Virus genome (UHGV): UHGV-0027450
Reading direction: 5' to 3' (one strand)
From: a virus
Length of the DNA stretch: 46,094 bases
This document shows, in pieces, positions 7,958 to 21,542 of this stretch. Below the pieces are notes generated by a model that worked only from the letters and a program-made list of their open reading frames with translations, was not told the origin of the DNA and did not search any database. A program made the position numbers and the translations under genes. The number at the start of each line of letters is the position of its first letter. The first letter of the stretch is position 1.

Positions 7958-9534
7958 TGAGTTCGATTGATTTTGAGTCTCTGGCTATGGGCATAAAGCG
8001 GGAGGCTCCCGGGGCACTTGGTGAGTTTATGGATGAGATCGCAAGGGGGTTTGAGCGCCGTGAGGGCGGGGGAAGGTATCGTTTAACTGGCGCTTTGGGT
8101 CTTGCTCAGGCGATGGCTGGACGATACTTGATTGGTCCAACAGGTAGTATCTGCAATACTGGCATATTTCTGGTGGCTCGCTCTGGTGCAGGCAAGGGTG
8201 CACCGGTGAGTTTTGTCAGGGCATATGCCAATGCGCTGGGAATAGGGTCCAGAGTTTGCGCATCCAAATCAACCTCGACGAAACAGATGCAGTTGGACCT
8301 GATTGCTGGAGGCGGGTCTTTGCTCTACGTTGTGAACGATGACAAGCAACATCTTGAAGACTGGAACAACCCGCGCAATGCATATCTTGGCGGCACTATG
8401 GCGTGGTATAGAGGCCTCACTGATGGCGGCGTGTGGGTCCCTAACAGACCAATAATCAAGGAGTTGCTTGAAAACCTTACGTGGGAACAAAACCCAAAAC
8501 GCATCATGGCGGCAGCAAGCGCTGAGGGATGGATAGTGCCACTTACTGGTGGCGATGATGGGAAAGGAGTCATAGATTATAAGCGCCTTGCGATGATGGA
8601 CCACAGCGTTGGGCGAGCGCTAAAGTCGGCAATGAATGAGTACGAAATTGCAACAAAAGACGGTGGAATTGAAAATGCAAAATTTGTCCCGCTGATTACT
8701 GTCACACCAGAGCAGGGAATAGATGCTGCGCGTTCATGGCAGAAAGATGGCGGTATGGGGCGCGTGCTGTTCCAGCTTGGGCATCTTGCTGGTGAGGAAA
8801 TGCCAGCGATGAAGGATGTGGAAGTGAGTGGTACGCTTTCAAGAAAAATAATCAATGAGTGGAAAGGTAGGGTTCTTACCGCGAAAACTAACGTCGTATG
8901 GGCTGATGATAATGCGAAAAAACTGCACAGATATCTGTCTATGAAACTGGAAAGTGAGCTTGGTGATTGCGATGGTGTTGTTGGTGATGTTATACCTCGT
9001 ATGGGTCTAATGATTGTCGATCTTGCAACTCTGGCGGCGTATACCGATCTGTCAAGTCGTCGTGGAATGACACCATCAGTGACGACGGAGCATATTGAGT
9101 GGGGTTATCTCACGGTTCTTGAACACCTCGCAGGGCTGAAAAGATTCCTTGAGGGTGAACAGGCATTTGATGGGCTTGAGAATACTGAGTGGTCAAATAT
9201 TGTTGAAAAAATAAAGCGAATTTGTGAATCACAGGCATTCATTAAAACGCCTTATTTGTCTGTTATAAAGAACAAACTGTGCCGTGACAGAGTTGAAAAG
9301 ATAATCAATTCTGCTGACTCGAATAACATCACATTAACGCCGGATAAATTTGTTTATGAAGTTCTTCTTGCTATTGAGGAGAACAAACATTCACCACTAA
9401 TGCTGGACAGGGATAATCCAAGAGCAATTAAGATGTGTAGTGATGGATCATGGGATGGTCTGCGGATGAACTCAACGGTTAGAAATTATCTTTCTGCTGC
9501 CGTTAAGCGCATGAGATTTATGAGGGGGTTGTAA
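7957..9534 (+). CDS. P-loop NTPase, putative replication initiator/helicase-like protein
   Basis: 525 aa. Walker A ARSGAGKGA and a Walker-B-like LLYVVNDD. SD ggagggtg. It lies next to the origin-like iteron region and a primase gene. Confidence 0.65.
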   Translation: MSSIDFESLAMGIKREAPGALGEFMDEIARGFERREGGGRYRLTGALGLAQAMAGRYLIGPTGSICNTGIFLVARSGAGKGAPVSFVRAYANALGIGSRVCASKSTSTKQMQLDLIAGGGSLLYVVNDDKQHLEDWNNPRNAYLGGTMAWYRGLTDGGVWVPNRPIIKELLENLTWEQNPKRIMAAASAEGWIVPLTGGDDGKGVIDYKRLAMMDHSVGRALKSAMNEYEIATKDGGIENAKFVPLITVTPEQGIDAARSWQKDGGMGRVLFQLGHLAGEEMPAMKDVEVSGTLSRKIINEWKGRVLTAKTNVVWADDNAKKLHRYLSMKLESELGDCDGVVGDVIPRMGLMIVDLATLAAYTDLSSRRGMTPSVTTEHIEWGYLTVLEHLAGLKRFLEGEQAFDGLENTEWSNIVEKIKRICESQAFIKTPYLSVIKNKLCRDRVEKIINSADSNNITLTPDKFVYEVLLAIEENKHSPLMLDRDNPRAIKMCSDGSWDGLRMNSTVRNYLSAAVKRMRFMRGL

Positions 9535-9950
9535 TGAGCAAAACACACGAACTAAAAATCTTACCTGAGCACTTCTGGCCTGTCGTCACCGGGCACAAGA
9601 AAGCAGAGTTAAGAAAGAATGACCGTGATTTTAAGGTTGGAGACACGATTATTCTTTGGGAGTGGAATGGAGACTACACAGGTGAAAGAACGGAGCGAAC
9701 CATAGTTCACATTGCTGATGTCGGCGCTTATCTTCCCGGTTATATCCTTCTTTCCCTTAATGAGATTGCCAACTGGAAAGATGCGCGTCTTTTCGACCCT
9801 AAAGATGGACAGGAGGTTGTTATTATTGATGCTGATCGCGTCAAGGTTACTGCCAAGTATGATGACTCAGGAATATACTGGTGCAATCACACGGGTAAGT
9901 CGCTGCGAAATGTAGCCTTCTGGACTGAAGCGCCAGAGTTCAATGAATAA
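9534..9950 (+). CDS. ASCH-like PUA-fold protein (DUF3850 family)
   Basis: HELKILPEHFWPVVTGHKKAELRKNDRDFKVGDTIILWEW matches the DUF3850/ASCH consensus. TAATG-coupled to the upstream gene. Confidence 0.6.
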   Translation: MSKTHELKILPEHFWPVVTGHKKAELRKNDRDFKVGDTIILWEWNGDYTGERTERTIVHIADVGAYLPGYILLSLNEIANWKDARLFDPKDGQEVVIIDADRVKVTAKYDDSGIYWCNHTGKSLRNVAFWTEAPEFNE

Positions 9951-9952
9951 CA

Positions 9953-9983
9953 AAAACCCTCCTATTGGAGGGTTTCTTTTATC
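9953..9983. terminator. bidirectional intrinsic terminator
   Basis: Hairpin aaaccctcc-tat-tggagggttt flanked by an A-run and a T-run. It lies between the convergent ASCH and primase genes. Confidence 0.6.
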
Positions 9984-10932
9984 TATTGACTGACATTTTT
10001 TCTATCAACTGGCCAGCGTCATAAATCTTTCTTCTGATTCGCTTCGCCATCCTGATTGTGTCCGCATCATCAGGCAGCATCACCGGAAGCCCTGCATTTT
10101 CCGCAGCGCAAAGCTCGTCAAATTTATAATTAACTATGCAGCGTAACCGTGCTTTCATCTCATCGCTAACAGAGCGCACCACTTCCCACATGTTTTCCGG
10201 CGACCAGCAGCACCAGACATGCGCACCAGTGAAGTAATGGCACTTCCACGCATCGGCATAATCAGATACCAGATAAATGAACTTTCCGTTGTCTTCACCG
10301 ATTGGGCTTATCGCGCCTCGCGTGAGTTTGCCGTTGATGGCTGAGTCTTTATTGTACCCTGCTTTATAAAACGTTCTGAATGCATCACCATCCATGCCAA
10401 TGAATGCCACGTTGCACGGATTCATTGTGTCAGCGCGCATCATCTCAACTGCAATAAGCTCTCCAGATTTACCTCTGACGACTTTAACGTCGCAACCAAT
10501 ACCATTTACCAAAGTCCACTCATTCATCGCGACACGCGTCGTTTTAGCTATGATTGCGGCAACTTCCTGCTCGGTGATGAAGTCGTCGTTATGATTTATC
10601 TTTGGTAGTTCTTTCCTGATTGCCTCCAGCTTTTCGCGCGGGTGCATATTCAGGAATCCTCCCAGTGCCTCCAGTGCTTCAGGAAAGCTCATGCCGGAGA
10701 GTTTCATCAGCCAGTTCATGCCGCTACCGGAACCGCACTGATTACAGATTGCACCGCCATCGCCTTTTGTTTCGAAGTTATCATCAAAACGATACCTGTC
10801 TTTTCCTGAGCATGACGGGCATGGCTGGTGCTTGCCATTGAAAACTCTGCTATCCACATTGACGATAGACATGATGGCGGCCTGCCAATTTCCGAGCATT
10901 TTTGGCTCAATGTCTTTCCAGTCGTATCTCAT
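9979..10932 (-). CDS. DNA primase (Zn-ribbon plus TOPRIM, T7 gp4 N-terminal/DnaG-like)
   Basis: CPSCSGKDRYRFDD...ICNQCGSG is a primase zinc-ribbon, followed by an acidic TOPRIM-like region. ATG at 10932 (M22 of track ORF 9979..10995) with SD aaggg. Confidence 0.7.
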   Translation of the reverse strand: MRYDWKDIEPKMLGNWQAAIMSIVNVDSRVFNGKHQPCPSCSGKDRYRFDDNFETKGDGGAICNQCGSGSGMNWLMKLSGMSFPEALEALGGFLNMHPREKLEAIRKELPKINHNDDFITEQEVAAIIAKTTRVAMNEWTLVNGIGCDVKVVRGKSGELIAVEMMRADTMNPCNVAFIGMDGDAFRTFYKAGYNKDSAINGKLTRGAISPIGEDNGKFIYLVSDYADAWKCHYFTGAHVWCCWSPENMWEVVRSVSDEMKARLRCIVNYKFDELCAAENAGLPVMLPDDADTIRMAKRIRRKIYDAGQLIEKMSVNR

Positions 10933-10935
10933 AAA

Positions 10936-10987
10936 TTGACCCTTGATTGTTGGTGTAGATTGAGTATAAGCTAACTGACGTAGAAAC
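10936..10987 (+). promoter_or_regulatory. helicase promoter region with embedded GTAGATT and TGACGTAGAAAC motifs
   Basis: TTGATT(10944-10949)-16-TATAAG(10965-10970). GGTGTAGATTG (10952-10962) sits inside the spacer and TGACGTAGAAAC (10976-10987) just downstream. Confidence 0.45.
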
Positions 10988-11007
10988 ATCAACAAAGGTT
11001 AGTTGCT

Positions 11008-12945
11008 ATGACGCATAAAATAGACAAGATGATCTCAGAGATTGATATTAACTTGATGAAATCTTATCTGGATACTGGTGATATCGAGCCAAGACCCTAT
11101 CAGTGGTTGATATATAAGTTAACTGGTGATGTGATTCGTCATTATGTTGGCCCGAGCTATGTAACAGCAAGCGTCGGTAGCGGAAAATCCCTGATGATTG
11201 CCATGATAGCAAAGCGCTTTCAGGAAATGGGCTATTCAGGGATGATTTTATCAAGGCAGGGCGAAATAGTGGAGCAAGATGCGGAAGAGTTATGGTCGCT
11301 TGGTGTTAGAAACTCGCTATTCAGTGCTTCGTTGGGTAGAAAAAGTTCTACGTACCCAATAATCTGTGGTTCTGAGGGTACTGTTGTAAATGCTTTGTTT
11401 GATAAAAAGGATGAGTCAGGGAATGTTATTGCAAAAGGTGCGCTTTCTGACTTCTGCCCAAGATTCCTGCTTATCGATGAAAATCATATGGTTAATGACA
11501 TTGATGTTGTTAATGATGGTGATACGCAGTATGCAGTGATAATTAATGAGCTAATGAAAAGGTGCAAAGATAAGCACGGCCATGAGTTGAGAATAATAGG
11601 TTATACAGGCTCACCGTTTCGCGGAACTACATCAATAAAAGGCGCTTTCTGGAAGAAAGAGATTATCAACATAGACACCAAGTACATGGTTGAAAATGGT
11701 TTTCTTGTGCCAACAATTTTTGGTCTTCATGATGTTGATAGCCTGCATTATGACCTTTCTGAGTTTCATGGTTCAGATGTTGATGGTACTCAGGATTTTA
11801 CCACCGAGCAGCTCAAGCAGATGCAGGAAGAAATTCTTGAGCAAGGAACTCTTACACAGAAAATCATGCTTAAAGTGATGGAACTTACTAAAAATAGAAA
11901 CGGAGTATTGATTACATGTGCTGGCAAGAAGCACTGTAAGGAGGCGGCAAAATACCTACCTGAAGGAAGTTATTCAATAGTTACAGAAGATATGGGGCAA
12001 AAAGCCAGAAAGAAGGCTCTAAAAGATGCATACACCGGGCGCAAAAAATTCACATTCCAGATAGCCGCCCTTACCACTGGCGTAAATATACCATTATGGG
12101 ATACGAGCTGCATATTACGAAAAATAATGTCACTCACTCTTCTTGTTCAGTTGCTTGGTCGCGGTATGCGCCTGCTGAAGAAGGAGCAAATTGATGCCGG
12201 GTATCATAAGGAAGACCATCTGGTCCTTGATTTCTCCGGTACGATGTTTGAGCTTGGTCAGCTGTATGAAGACCCGATTCTGGAAGAGGCTGAAGCGCAA
12301 CGTTCAAAACGCAGTGGTGAACAAGTTCCGTGCCCAAAATGCGGGACAATGAACAGTCCATATGCGCGTCGCTGCATTGGCAAAGATGCATTATCGCCAG
12401 ATGGTCGCTGCGAAGAATTTTTCAGTTATATCCGTTGCGGTTTCGATAAGCACGGAATCCGAATTTTTGATGATGGTTGCGGTACTAAAAACGACCCGAC
12501 AGCGCGCTATTGCCGACATTGCGATCATGTTTTGCGCGACCCGAATGCGGCATTGAATGAACGCGCGTATACGGATAATGAATGGACTGATGTTATGGAT
12601 TTCAAGGTTCAGTTAACGAAGGACGGAGAAGGTATTTTGTATCGCTACTGGATTAATCGTTGTGATGGGAAAGAAGGTTGGGCTAACGAGGTTTTCTACC
12701 CTTACGGAGGCGCAACTCACATGAAAAACATGTTTAAGGCAAAGGCCATCTTTCCTCACCTTGATGATAAGTCAATGGCCGGGAAAATACTGAAGTGCCA
12801 GAACGCCAAACAATTCATGATGTATGCTGGATTGATTAAAGCTCCAAAGCGCATCACGCATCGAATTAACGATAAAGGCAGAGACATAATCCACAGAAAA
12901 GATTTTGCAGGAGAGAATATTGAAAAAGCGATTCAAGCAGCATGA
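11008..12945 (+). CDS. SF2 DNA helicase (DExH box) with C-terminal multi-Zn-ribbon domain
   Basis: 645 aa. Walker A VGSGKSLMIA and DExH box LIDENH. The C-terminal region has four CxxC pairs (CPKCG, CIGKD...C, CRHCDH). Confidence 0.8.
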   Translation: MTHKIDKMISEIDINLMKSYLDTGDIEPRPYQWLIYKLTGDVIRHYVGPSYVTASVGSGKSLMIAMIAKRFQEMGYSGMILSRQGEIVEQDAEELWSLGVRNSLFSASLGRKSSTYPIICGSEGTVVNALFDKKDESGNVIAKGALSDFCPRFLLIDENHMVNDIDVVNDGDTQYAVIINELMKRCKDKHGHELRIIGYTGSPFRGTTSIKGAFWKKEIINIDTKYMVENGFLVPTIFGLHDVDSLHYDLSEFHGSDVDGTQDFTTEQLKQMQEEILEQGTLTQKIMLKVMELTKNRNGVLITCAGKKHCKEAAKYLPEGSYSIVTEDMGQKARKKALKDAYTGRKKFTFQIAALTTGVNIPLWDTSCILRKIMSLTLLVQLLGRGMRLLKKEQIDAGYHKEDHLVLDFSGTMFELGQLYEDPILEEAEAQRSKRSGEQVPCPKCGTMNSPYARRCIGKDALSPDGRCEEFFSYIRCGFDKHGIRIFDDGCGTKNDPTARYCRHCDHVLRDPNAALNERAYTDNEWTDVMDFKVQLTKDGEGILYRYWINRCDGKEGWANEVFYPYGGATHMKNMFKAKAIFPHLDDKSMAGKILKCQNAKQFMMYAGLIKAPKRITHRINDKGRDIIHRKDFAGENIEKAIQAA

Positions 12946-13360
12946 GCTGAGTGATAATGTTTTTGTGTTTGATGATAGCTACCGCGGCGAGTGCCCGCTT
13001 GAGGATTCCGACCTGATAGCGTTCAAGTGGTGGATGGATTACCGGTTTCCTGATGTGCTGTGGTTCCATCCGTCTCAGGAGACCAAAAGCAACTCAGTGC
13101 AGCATCTGGCATCGCGCGCAAGGAAAGGTGTCAGGTCAGGGGTGTCTGATGTGATAATCCTGACGCCGGGTTCGAGGTGGCATAAAGCGACGATAGAGTT
13201 GAAGCGCCACGATTCAACGCTTAGCAAATGGCAACCAGGACAGATACCGTTTCTCAATGATAGCGCCAGCGCTGGTGCTTTCTCTGCGGTGGCGTGTGGA
13301 CTCGACCAGATAAAGATTGCAGTGTTGACGTATTTTGGCTTGCCTTTTGATGTAGATTGA
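12905..13360 (+). CDS. VRR-NUC domain nuclease (start uncertain; a TTG at 12920 or GTG at 12964 is possible)
   Basis: GVRSGVSDVIILTPGS...ATIELKRHDSTLSKWQ is a PD-(D/E)XK motif of VRR-NUC type. It overlaps the helicase 3' end by 41 nt. Confidence 0.6.
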   Translation: MQERILKKRFKQHELSDNVFVFDDSYRGECPLEDSDLIAFKWWMDYRFPDVLWFHPSQETKSNSVQHLASRARKGVRSGVSDVIILTPGSRWHKATIELKRHDSTLSKWQPGQIPFLNDSASAGAFSAVACGLDQIKIAVLTYFGLPFDVD

Positions 13361-13370
13361 TGTAGATTCA
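13347..13370 (+). promoter_or_regulatory. tandem GATGTAGATT motifs upstream of the exonuclease gene
   Basis: TTGATGTAGATTGATGTAGATTCA, with a TTGACG at 13323-13328. Confidence 0.4.
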
Positions 13371-13398
13371 TTTACGTGATGATGAGTGAGGTTAACAA

Positions 13399-14337
13399 AT
13401 GAAAGTCTATTTCAATAATGAATTAACTAACGAGCAATACCATGCCGACACTGAGCATATTAATGGCTCTGGCCTGTGGAATCTGTATGACAGATGCCCG
13501 GCCGCATGGCGCTACAAAGACGAAGAAGATGAGCAGTCAAAAGCTCTTATCTTCGGTACAGGAAGCCATACAGCTCTGCTTGAACCTGAACGTTTCGATG
13601 CTGAATATGCTCGCATGCCAACCAAAGAAGATTTTGGTGATGAACTGCTTGTTACTGTTAGTGACATGAACTCATGGGCGAAAGAGCGTGGCATCAAGGG
13701 GCTTTCAGGAAAGTCAAAAGCTGAGGTGATCAAAATCATTCAGGCGACTGGCGAACCAGTGAAAATTTACGATGTTATCCGTGAAGAGGCTGAAAAAGCT
13801 GCTGCAGGAAAGCAAATGCTGGAAGGTGGTGATTATGATGCCATTCAGCAAATGCGTGCTGTAATCCACGCAAACAGCTATTACAGCAGTCTTCTTGCTG
13901 GTGCTTATGCTGAAGTGTCAATTCTCGGTGAGCTTAACGGAGAGAAGGCAAAGGTTCGCTTTGATTGCCTTACAAAAGGTGGTGACATCATTGACTACAA
14001 GACAGCGGTGAGCGCCAAGCCTGAAGAGTTTTTCCGCCACGCCGCGCGACTCGGTTACTTTATGAAAATGGCGATGCAGCACGACATGTTTGTTGCGGCA
14101 TATGGTCATGCGCCACGTTCTGTGAATCTTCTCGTGCAGGAAAAGAAATCCCCATTCATTCCTGCGTTAATCCGATTAACGGAAGAGCAATTACATATTG
14201 GTCGCATTCAGTTGCATGGCTCCATGGAAATTTACAAGGCGTGCAAAAAGGCAAATTCTTGGCCGGGTTATTCAATGGGTGATCCTGTCATCGAAATGGA
14301 AACGCCTGAATGGTTCAAGAAGCAATTTAATTTATAA
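13399..14337 (+). CDS. PD-(D/E)XK recombination exonuclease (YqaJ/lambda-Exo/RecE-like)
   Basis: 312 aa. SD gagtgaggt. The motif ...RFDCLTKGGDIIDYKT is a D..D.K nuclease core. Confidence 0.6.
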   Translation: MKVYFNNELTNEQYHADTEHINGSGLWNLYDRCPAAWRYKDEEDEQSKALIFGTGSHTALLEPERFDAEYARMPTKEDFGDELLVTVSDMNSWAKERGIKGLSGKSKAEVIKIIQATGEPVKIYDVIREEAEKAAAGKQMLEGGDYDAIQQMRAVIHANSYYSSLLAGAYAEVSILGELNGEKAKVRFDCLTKGGDIIDYKTAVSAKPEEFFRHAARLGYFMKMAMQHDMFVAAYGHAPRSVNLLVQEKKSPFIPALIRLTEEQLHIGRIQLHGSMEIYKACKKANSWPGYSMGDPVIEMETPEWFKKQFNL

Positions 14338-14348
14338 TTAGTGAGGTG

Positions 14349-15392
14349 ATGCAAATGGGTATTCTCAATATTAAACCAGCAGAGCGTTCCGGTTCTCGCG
14401 TGGTCATCGGTATTTCAGGCCAGTCTGGTAGCGGAAAAACATATAGCGCACTTAAGCTGGCTCGTGGGATGGTTGACTCACCAGAAGAAATCGGATTCCT
14501 TGATACTGAAAACGGTCGCGGTCGCCTGTATTCAAACATCCTTGATGGTAAATTCCTGCACGCTGATATGTATGCACCATTCAGCCCTGCTCGTTACCGT
14601 CAGGCCATTGAAGAATTTCAGGCTACTGGCGTTAAGGTTCTTGTTATTGATTCAGGCTCGCACGAATGGGAAGGTGAAGGAAGTTGCACGGAGATTGCTG
14701 AAAAGCCGCTGCTTAACGGCAAAAAGATGGCTGACTGGAAGCGCGCCAAAGCTGAACACAAGAAGTTCATGAATGCCATGCTGCAAAGCAATATGCATAT
14801 CATTGTCTGCCTTCGCGCTCGCCAGAAAACTGACTTCGCAAACCCGAAGGAGCCTGTATCACTTGGGCTGCAGCCAGTGTGCGAGAAAGATTTCATGTTC
14901 GAGATGACTGTGAGCATGATGATGCACGATGGAGGCAAAATTCAGGAGTTCACCAAATTACCAGAAGAACTACGCCCAATCTTCTTTGAGTCTGGTCGTG
15001 AAAGTGTTCGTCATGGATACATTGGCGAGGCTCACGGTCGCGGACTCATCAAATGGGTGGACTCTGGCGTTAAAGTTGACGAAGAGTTTGAGTCATGGCG
15101 CTCACGACTTCAGCTCTCTGCCGCAAAAGGCATGGAAGGACTGAAGGAAGAGGCAAAATCAATACCTGATAACCTGAAAGATAAGATTCGTGCAATCTGG
15201 CCTTCTCTCGCTGCTTCTGCTGCTGAATATGATCGCATTGAGTCTTTCATCAATGATGAGCAATTATCTCCTGTGGTAATAACTCCGCAGGATAATTTCA
15301 ATCCTGCAAAACTGGCTAAACCGCAACTACAACATCCAGAACCGCAGGAAGAAAAAACCGAACATAAACCAACCCCAATTGAAGGATTTTAA
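14349..15392 (+). CDS. Sak4-like RecA-fold ATPase (AAA_24 family), putative single-strand annealing/recombination mediator
   Basis: Walker A GISGQSGSGKTYSAL and Walker B VLVIDSGSHEW. It sits between the exonuclease and SSB genes. SD gaggtga; the ATGs at 14349 and 14355 are both possible starts. Confidence 0.6.
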   Translation: MQMGILNIKPAERSGSRVVIGISGQSGSGKTYSALKLARGMVDSPEEIGFLDTENGRGRLYSNILDGKFLHADMYAPFSPARYRQAIEEFQATGVKVLVIDSGSHEWEGEGSCTEIAEKPLLNGKKMADWKRAKAEHKKFMNAMLQSNMHIIVCLRARQKTDFANPKEPVSLGLQPVCEKDFMFEMTVSMMMHDGGKIQEFTKLPEELRPIFFESGRESVRHGYIGEAHGRGLIKWVDSGVKVDEEFESWRSRLQLSAAKGMEGLKEEAKSIPDNLKDKIRAIWPSLAASAAEYDRIESFINDEQLSPVVITPQDNFNPAKLAKPQLQHPEPQEEKTEHKPTPIEGF

Positions 15393-15395
15393 TAA

Positions 15396-15878
15396 ATGGC
15401 ACGCGGCGTAAATAAAGTAATTATCGTTGGTACTCTCGGTAACGACCCTGAAGTTAAATATTCAGCATCAGGCTCTGCAATTGCCAATCTTTCTATTGCA
15501 ACATCTGAGCAGTGGAAAGACAAGAAAACAGGAGAAAAGAAAGAGCAGACTGAATGGCATCGCGTGGTAATCTTCGGAAAAATTGCGGAAGTTGCAGGAG
15601 AATACCTTCGCAAAGGTTCTCAGGTTTATATCGAAGGCCAGCTTCGCACTCGTAAGTGGACTGACAGCAACGGCGTAGACCGATATACCACTGAGATTGT
15701 CATTCCACAGATGGGCGGCGTTATGCAGATGCTTGGAGGTAAACGTGACGATTCTGGTCAGCAACCACGCCATCAATCAGGCCAACAACCGCAACGACAA
15801 CAGCAGCCACCAAAACAACAAAGCCCACAAGGAGGCAATGAGCCTCCAATGGACTTTTCAGACGACATTCCGTTCTGA
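15396..15878 (+). CDS. ssb: single-stranded DNA-binding protein, E. coli type with acidic C-terminal tail
   Basis: [22 protein letters not shown]...[39 protein letters not shown]... followed by a Gln/Pro-rich linker and a terminal DDIPF. This is close to host SSB. Confidence 0.9.
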   Translation: MARGVNKVIIVGTLGNDPEVKYSASGSAIANLSIATSEQWKDKKTGEKKEQTEWHRVVIFGKIAEVAGEYLRKGSQVYIEGQLRTRKWTDSNGVDRYTTEIVIPQMGGVMQMLGGKRDDSGQQPRHQSGQQPQRQQQPPKQQSPQGGNEPPMDFSDDIPF

Positions 15879-15890
15879 TGATAAAACTAA

Positions 15891-15915
15891 CCCCCAGTCC
15901 ATGCTGGGGGCTATC
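15891..15915 (+). terminator. weak terminator-like hairpin
   Basis: cccccag-tccatg-ctggggg followed by ctatcatgtg. The U-tract is poor. Confidence 0.35.
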
Positions 15916-15942
15916 ATGTGAATATTTATTTAATTTTTTGTC

Positions 15943-17562
15943 TTATTCCCCTCGAATAAATTCAGTTAGAGCCATAGTGTCGTTTATTTTAGTTACTTTG
16001 AGTATATCAACCTTACCTGATGCCACATTAGCGCCGAATAACGTACCGTCTACCACAGCCCCGTACAGTATAACTCCACCAGTTTGTCTGATATTCCAAC
16101 CGTTCGCAGTGTTGCGGCTAATAATCGTAACCTCTTGTCCTGGGCGCAGATAGGGTAGAAACCCTAGAGTTAATTGGTATGTAGTTGTTGTGCCGTTTGT
16201 TATAACATAGATGCCAGCGAATGGGTCACTTAGTGATCCAGTTTGAATGGTTTGCGTTACTATATTTCTCTCATACCCGGATACTTTCTGGTAAACCTGC
16301 CCTCCTCTTGAGAAAAACCCAACAGCACCAGATTTGATAACATTATCGTCGTTATCCGGATTCTGGGCCACCCATATGTTTGGTCTACCTACTGTACTGA
16401 AGTTAGCATTACTGTTACCTTGGGTACTAGCCCTAACATTACTCTCTGAGTAAATGTTTAGGTAGTTATAACGTCCACCTGTTTCTTTAAAACCGATCAC
16501 GTTACGTTCACATGAATAGTAAATGGTGTTCATGCCAGGATGCTTAGTTCCATCACTCCCTGCCGTCATTTCGAATCCGATTTCACAGTTGTAGCTTCGA
16601 CCATGGATGTATGAACCATTGCAGTCACTGGCTCCTGTGGGGTACATTTTGTAACCGACTCCGCAGCTTTCAGCCAAGAAATTACGAATCCATGAACTGT
16701 TGTTCTTCTCGTGTAATACACCTACGGCGGCAATCTTGATAACAAGATTATCTGATGAGAAATTATTGCCATTCTGTAAATGTAAACCAGTTACTCCTTC
16801 TGCCGTTGTTAGGTAAATGTTGCTAACCTCACAAGAGCTGCCTGTCACCTTAATTGCGGGGTCTACGCCTGCAGTGGTCTGGATATTACTGCCCCAACGA
16901 GAATCCCCGATAATACGCAATCCCTGACTATCGAGTAGGATTGTTTCATTGAACAGATACGGGGTGCTGCTCTCTTTTGAGTTTCTAATATAGATAACTC
17001 CAGCCCCACGATACTGAGTTTTGATGTAGGCGATAGCCGCCTTAATGGCGGCGGTACACGCGGCGGCATCTCCCGGTACAGCTCCGAAGTCTTTTATATC
17101 TACTACATCTCTTAATTTCTCTGTTAGTGTTCTTCCAGAATAACTTATCAGGTTGGAGCCGTTACTTGATGCCAGATCGCTTCTTAGTGACGCATCACCA
17201 ACACTAACCCATGCACCAAGACCAACACCACCAGAAGTTTCAGGAGTTGAATCTGCCGGAACTGTTTTAGGGAATTCACCATCCCAACGGTAATATTCTC
17301 CAGTAGCTTCATAACGCAGCGTCTGATTAGGTAGTGTAAGTGTCGTTCCATCTTCGAAGCTGTCCATTGTTATGTAGCCATAATTGCGAATGGCTTCTTC
17401 TGCGGTGTATTGGAATCCCGCAATAGTCCAGCGGCGCACACCGAAACGATCGGTATAGTAATGCGCGTCAGATGTCACTACCTCGTCAATTTTTCCGGCA
17501 TTAAACTTCAGGTCACGCGGGTCTTCAGACGGAATTGGTTTGTTAGTTGGTGTGGTAGCCAT
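15943..17562 (-). CDS. tailspike/tail fibre protein with right-handed beta-helix (pectate-lyase-like) domain
   Basis: 539 aa. SD aaggag. Repetitive Gly/Asn/Ser-rich beta-helix-like sequence. Last gene of the tail module. Confidence 0.7.
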   Translation of the reverse strand: MATTPTNKPIPSEDPRDLKFNAGKIDEVVTSDAHYYTDRFGVRRWTIAGFQYTAEEAIRNYGYITMDSFEDGTTLTLPNQTLRYEATGEYYRWDGEFPKTVPADSTPETSGGVGLGAWVSVGDASLRSDLASSNGSNLISYSGRTLTEKLRDVVDIKDFGAVPGDAAACTAAIKAAIAYIKTQYRGAGVIYIRNSKESSTPYLFNETILLDSQGLRIIGDSRWGSNIQTTAGVDPAIKVTGSSCEVSNIYLTTAEGVTGLHLQNGNNFSSDNLVIKIAAVGVLHEKNNSSWIRNFLAESCGVGYKMYPTGASDCNGSYIHGRSYNCEIGFEMTAGSDGTKHPGMNTIYYSCERNVIGFKETGGRYNYLNIYSESNVRASTQGNSNANFSTVGRPNIWVAQNPDNDDNVIKSGAVGFFSRGGQVYQKVSGYERNIVTQTIQTGSLSDPFAGIYVITNGTTTTYQLTLGFLPYLRPGQEVTIISRNTANGWNIRQTGGVILYGAVVDGTLFGANVASGKVDILKVTKINDTMALTEFIRGE

Positions 17563-17601
17563 TATAATAAATGCTCCTTTGTGAATTTGATGTATATTGT
17601 A

Positions 17602-21418
<3,817 letters not shown>

Positions 21419-21440
21419 CTCTTATTGTTGTATTTTAGCA

Positions 21441-21460
21441 CGTTGATGGTACAATCATAA
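21441..21460 (+). promoter_or_regulatory. promoter for the inserted Zn-ribbon/T5orf172 gene
   Basis: TTGTAT-16-TACAAT. The 14-mer CGTTGWKGGTACAATC is shared with 39346-39361. Confidence 0.4.
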
Positions 21461-21542
21461 GTGCAGCTAGTCCGGCCAGATGAAAAGCGATTGGTTATCG
21501 CCTGCTGCATCACTCCAAACCACCTTTAACCGAGGGTTCCAA

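Noticed and set aside
8269-8855. Minus-strand ORFs of 82-111 aa inside the P-loop replication gene
   Set aside because: They are antisense to a 525-aa gene with clear Walker motifs. They are Pro/Ser/Arg-rich shadow ORFs.
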